DNA of 64,000 nucleotides from an uncultured Verrucomicrobiae bacterium (lineage in GTDB: Bacteria > Verrucomicrobiota > Verrucomicrobiia > Chthoniobacterales > Chthoniobacteraceae): NCBI GenBank assembly GCA_963769025.1, contig CAVYKI010000012.1, positions 480,001 through 544,000 of the forward strand, given 5' to 3'. Position numbers and translations under genes: made by a program. Below the pieces are notes generated by a model, which was given only the letters and a program-made list of their open reading frames with translations, made no database searches and had not been told where the DNA came from. Within the stretch, counting starts at the first letter, position 1. Each line of letters starts with the position of its first letter. Shown here in pieces: positions 60,168 to 64,000 of the stretch.

Positions 60168-61477
60168 GTGCCGGGTTCAGGGATGGCTATGGTGCGCGTG
60201 GCGCATAATTCGGATCGCCCACGAGGGTGACGGTAGAGGCGCCTCGAGAGGAAGCCCGCGACGAAGGGCAGCCAGATGAGCGCGCGCTCCCACCAGGACA
60301 GCGTCCAGACTTCGCCGATGCTGATGCGGTGGCACATGATGAAGTAAAGCGTGCCGGTAATGTTCAGCGCGATGGTGCCGCGATTGCGCGTGAGCGCGGC
60401 GAAAGGCAGCAGCCAGGTGAAATACCAAGCGTGCATCATGGGCGAGAGCAGGAAAGCGGAGAACAGAAACCACTCGGCGGCATTGGCGAAGCGGCGGCAG
60501 CGGAAGATCGCGACGACCCACGCGGCGAGCAGCGGGGGAACGAAGAGGGTGTTGATCCACTCCTTGCCGGTCACCGCATCGAGCACCGCGGGGATAAGTT
60601 CCGCGCTCCGGGCGTAACGTGCGAATTCCATCGGTGCGAGGCTTGTCGTCCACTCGCCGCTCCACGAGCAGACCATGGCCCAAGAGAGCGCGAAGGGCAG
60701 TGCGCCCGCAGCCATGAGGAGCGAGGAGCGCCGGAAGCCTGCGGTTGTCGATGTCTGCCACGCCATCCACGCGACGAGCGGCAGGGCCAGCCACTTGAAG
60801 GACACGGCGGTGCCTGCGAGCGCGACGGCGAGGAATGCGCGGCGTGGATTTGCCTCCCAAACGAGCCATGAGCCGACCAGCGCGAGGACGAACAGGCTGT
60901 CGTAATGGCCGCCGCCGGCGAAGCAGTAGAGCACGAGCGGATTCCACGCATACACCAGCGCGCGCCTGGTGCCGAAGCGTCGCGCAAGCAGTCCGCAAAC
61001 GGCGAGGTCAGCAATGGCGAAGACCGCTTTCATGCCCGTGACACCCGCGCCGATCCGCGTGAGGACGGCGAAGGTCATTTCCGACAGCGGCGGATAAATC
61101 GCCGTGCAATGCGGATGGCCGATCTTCACCCAAGTCGCATCGTGCAGCAGGCTCAGTTCGGGCGCGCTTGGCGGATACACGTAAGGATTGATGCCGCCGC
61201 TGAGCGCGTGCCCTTCCCACAGATAGCGGAAAATGTCGTCGCCCGGCTCCATCGCGAGCAGCGCAAGCCGCAGGCCCGCCCCGACGATCCAAAACATCGC
61301 GACAGAAAATTTGCCAACGCGCAGCGCAGCGAGATAGCCGAGGCTCATCGTGGCCAAGCCGGTGAGAAACGGCGGCACTTCTCCGAAGTGGAGCAAATCG
61401 CCATGCGGCAGAATCCACGCCGCTCCCGTGAGCAGCAGCGCGAGCGCCGCGACTTGCCAGACCCGCACCGCGTTCAT
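60164..61477 (-). CDS. GT87/DUF2029-like membrane glycosyltransferase
   Basis: DDIFRYLWEG....GINPY.YPP, TAIYPP, YAWNPL, GHYD, H.WY. Confidence 0.8.
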   Translation of the reverse strand: MNAVRVWQVAALALLLTGAAWILPHGDLLHFGEVPPFLTGLATMSLGYLAALRVGKFSVAMFWIVGAGLRLALLAMEPGDDIFRYLWEGHALSGGINPYVYPPSAPELSLLHDATWVKIGHPHCTAIYPPLSEMTFAVLTRIGAGVTGMKAVFAIADLAVCGLLARRFGTRRALVYAWNPLVLYCFAGGGHYDSLFVLALVGSWLVWEANPRRAFLAVALAGTAVSFKWLALPLVAWMAWQTSTTAGFRRSSLLMAAGALPFALSWAMVCSWSGEWTTSLAPMEFARYARSAELIPAVLDAVTGKEWINTLFVPPLLAAWVVAIFRCRRFANAAEWFLFSAFLLSPMMHAWYFTWLLPFAALTRNRGTIALNITGTLYFIMCHRISIGEVWTLSWWERALIWLPFVAGFLSRRLYRHPRGRSELCATRTIAIPEPGT

Positions 61478-62233
61478 GCGCCGCGCTGTCCTCCGTGCCA
61501 GAGCCGGCGCAGCCAAAGCCGCACGATGGTCGAGAGGATCACGCTGCCCGCGCGCAGCGTGCCCATGATGGCGCCGGAGATTTTCGAGCGGTCCGCCCTG
61601 CCGCCGCCGGTAGCGCACGGGCACTTCGACGATGCGCAGTTTTTCCTCCACGGCGCGCACCTGCATTTCGACGGTCCAGCCAAAGCCACGGTCGCGCATG
61701 GCGATGCGGTCGAGCGCGTCGCGGCGGATGAGGCGGAGCGGACCGAGGTCGGGGTAGCGGTGGCCCCAGCCGAGTTCGATGAGCGCGACGGCGAGCGCGT
61801 TGCCGAAATTTTGTTGCGGAGTCATCGCGGCACGATTCGCCGGCAGACCGCGGCGGTTGCCGAGCACGAGTTCCGCACCGAGCGCCCCGGGCAAAAAGCC
61901 ACTGCAATTCGCCCAAGTCATCGCTCCCATCCGCGTCGCAAAAGAGCACCCATTCCACATCGTCGTCGAAGTCGATCATCCCGCGCCAGCAGGCGGCGCC
62001 GTAGCCGCGCCGCGGTTCGCTCAACACATCCGCGCCGTGCTGCACGGCGACTTGCGCGGTGCGGTCGCGGCTGCCGTTGTCCACCACGCGGATGCGCTCC
62101 AGGCCCAGATGCCGCAAGTCCGTGAGCACGCGCGGCAGTGCGGCTTCCTCATTGAGCGCGGGGATGATGCGCACGTCCGGGCGACGATTTGATCGGCGCG
62201 GGCTTCGGGTTTGGAATGGACGACGGACAGCAT
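61474..62233 (-). CDS. Family 2 glycosyltransferase; at least three frameshifts
   Basis: IIPALNEE, VVDNGSRDRT, RGYGAAC, FCDADGSD, DLGPLR, GWTVEMQ, SKISG. Confidence 0.85.
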
Positions 62234-62377
62234 GACGATGCGAGCGGAAGTGCAGCTTGATTATTCCATCGCCGGACAAGGGGCGCGGAATAAAGCAGCT
62301 GCACCCGGCGTCGTGAGTCCGAGTCCGTTGTGGGAAATGCGGAGAATAAAACGGCGTCCGTGCCGCTCTGATGCTGC

Positions 62378-63129
62378 ATGAACCTCGATTCGATCTTCCG
62401 CCGATGCACTGCACTGGCTTTCGCTCTGCTCCTCACTTCGTGCGCCAACGCGGCCGATCTTCCCGTGGCCGGGAACGCTGTATCGAAGGAATACGCGGGG
62501 TTGCTCAAGACTTACGTCACAGCGGGTGGGGTGCGCTATGCGGCGTGGAAGCAGAACGCTGCGGACCTGGCCGCGCTTAAAAGCGTGGCGGATTTTTATG
62601 CCGGCACGCTGCCGCCGAAGGATCGCGACGCCTCGCTGGCCTGGCACCTCAACGCCTACAATTCGTGGATTCTGCACAACATCCTCGCGAAGTATCCGAC
62701 CAAGGGGCCGCTCGTCGGGGAGCCGCTTTTTTTCACGGCAACCGGATCACCATCTCCGGGCGCAAGATGAGCTTCAACGACTTGGAGCAAAAGGTCATCC
62801 GCCCGACGTTCAAGGAACCGCGCGTGCATTTCGCGCTGAACTGCGCGAGCGCGAGCTGCCCGCCGCTCGCCTCGCGACCGTTCGATGCAGCGACGCTGAA
62901 CGACCAGCTCGACCAGCTCACACGCGCTTTCATGAACGTAAATCCGCGGGCCATTATAGGCAGTGGCGGAAGCATCGCGCTCTCGAAAATCTTCGACTGG
63001 TATAAGGACGACTTCGCCGCAGCGGGTGGCTCGGTGGCGTTCATCAACCGCTATCGCAAGGAACCGCTCCCGGCGGGTGCGAAGGTGAAGTTCATGGACT
63101 ACGACTGGTCGCTGAACGAAACGAAGTGA
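62378..63129 (+). CDS. DUF547 domain protein; frameshift near 62730
   Basis: GVRY, LAWHLNAYN, EPRVHFALNCASASCPPL, LSKIFDWY..DF, YDWSLN. Confidence 0.88.
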
Positions 63130-63186
63130 CGCCGGTTCGAGCAAATGGAATAAATCGCCGCGCCAGCCGCTCACTTCGGCACGCAC

Positions 63187-63732
63187 ATGGATTTCGAAGC
63201 CATCGTCAGCCTCTATTACGAGGACCTTTACCGGTTTGCGTTCAGCCTCGCGCGCAACCGCGACGAGGCGTGCGACCTGACGCAGCAGACCTACGCCGTG
63301 TATGCGGAGAAGGGCGGACAGGTGCGCGAGCAGGCGAAGGTCAAGAGCTGGCTCTTCACCACGCTTTACCGCGAGTTCCTGCGGCTCCGCGAACGCGGAC
63401 GCCGCCTCGTGAGCATGGACGATGAGGAAACCAACGTGCCGGAGCAGATGGCCGCGTCGGACACCGAGCGGTCGGCGGAGCACGCCGGGCTGCTCGACAT
63501 CCTCGCAAGCCTCGACCAGGGGCACCGCGAAATTCTGACACTCTTTTACCTCCAGCAGCACGCTTACAAGGACATCGCCGGAATTCTCGAAGCGCCCATC
63601 GGCACGGTGATGTCGCGCCTTTCCCGAGCCAAGGAAGCGCTCCGCAAGAAACTCGACGCCGTCACCCAAGAAAAAGGAATAATTATCATCCCCATCGACT
63701 CGAATCAGAAACGCCCCGCGAAAAATGGATAA
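63187..63732 (+). CDS. ECF RNA polymerase sigma factor
   Basis: LYRFAFSL....EACDLTQQT, KSWLFT, Y.DIA.IL..PIGTVMSRLSRA. Confidence 0.92.
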   Translation: MDFEAIVSLYYEDLYRFAFSLARNRDEACDLTQQTYAVYAEKGGQVREQAKVKSWLFTTLYREFLRLRERGRRLVSMDDEETNVPEQMAASDTERSAEHAGLLDILASLDQGHREILTLFYLQQHAYKDIAGILEAPIGTVMSRLSRAKEALRKKLDAVTQEKGIIIIPIDSNQKRPAKNG

Positions 63733-64000
63733 CGACCGCGCCAAAATACTTCTCAGTGCCTACCGCTCCGACGGAGCGGATGCGAGCGACCCGGTTTTTG
63801 CCGAAGCGCTGGCGCAGGCGGAGCGCGACCCGGAGCTGACGCGCTGGTTTGCCGAGGAACGCGCGCTCGATGATCGGATGCACGCCGCGCTTCGTTCGGT
63901 CCGTCCGCCCGCGAATCTCAGGGACGCCCTGCTGCTCACGGCGAAGGTGAGCCGGATGCCTACGCCGCGCGCCTGGTGGACGCGCCCCGCGTGGCTCGCC
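63725..64000 (+). CDS. Putative anti-sigma factor (partial)
   Basis: Overlaps the sigma stop; AKILLSAYR.DG.DA.DP.FAEAL. Confidence 0.7.
   Translation, partial: MDNDRAKILLSAYRSDGADASDPVFAEALAQAERDPELTRWFAEERALDDRMHAALRSVRPPANLRDALLLTAKVSRMPTPRAWWTRPAWLA

Overview
GC-rich bacterial window, most likely Verrucomicrobiota (inferred from a planctomycete-cytochrome-c/DUF1549-DUF1553 protein, a PEP-CTERM tail, Verrucomicrobia-style pilins and attC sites). Many single-base frameshifts, including three in the essential aspS gene, point to long-read consensus errors. Layout: 1-8.7 kb cytochrome-c protein, a partial ebo cluster (eboF-D-E) and a flavin halogenase-like gene; tRNA-Asp; 9-19.9 kb surface-glycan block with an ~1880-aa methyltransferase/coiled-coil/GH99-like/GT4/GT2 protein; aspS; a 14-repeat propeller operon; 27.6-38.6 kb four GT-C-type membrane glycosyltransferases (one STT3/AglB-like) around four tandem pilin genes, each with its own sigma54 promoter. 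Next, a ~3-kb domain with strong C-over-G strand skew holds a GTAG REP, a conserved helical hypothetical gene and a ten-unit 40-42 bp repeat array. After that come an integrase-less integron cassette array, a ~16-kb mosaic island (BrxL remnant, minor-pilin operon, receiver-PilN fusion, Cas4-like module, tyrosine integrase, repeated element ends), a GT2/GT87/TIGR04282/DUF547 cluster and an ECF sigma/anti-sigma pair. Best candidates for undescribed systems: the 42-bp array + helical gene + skew domain, and the multi-pilin/GT-C glycosylation locus. All family calls are from motif recognition; no searches were run.
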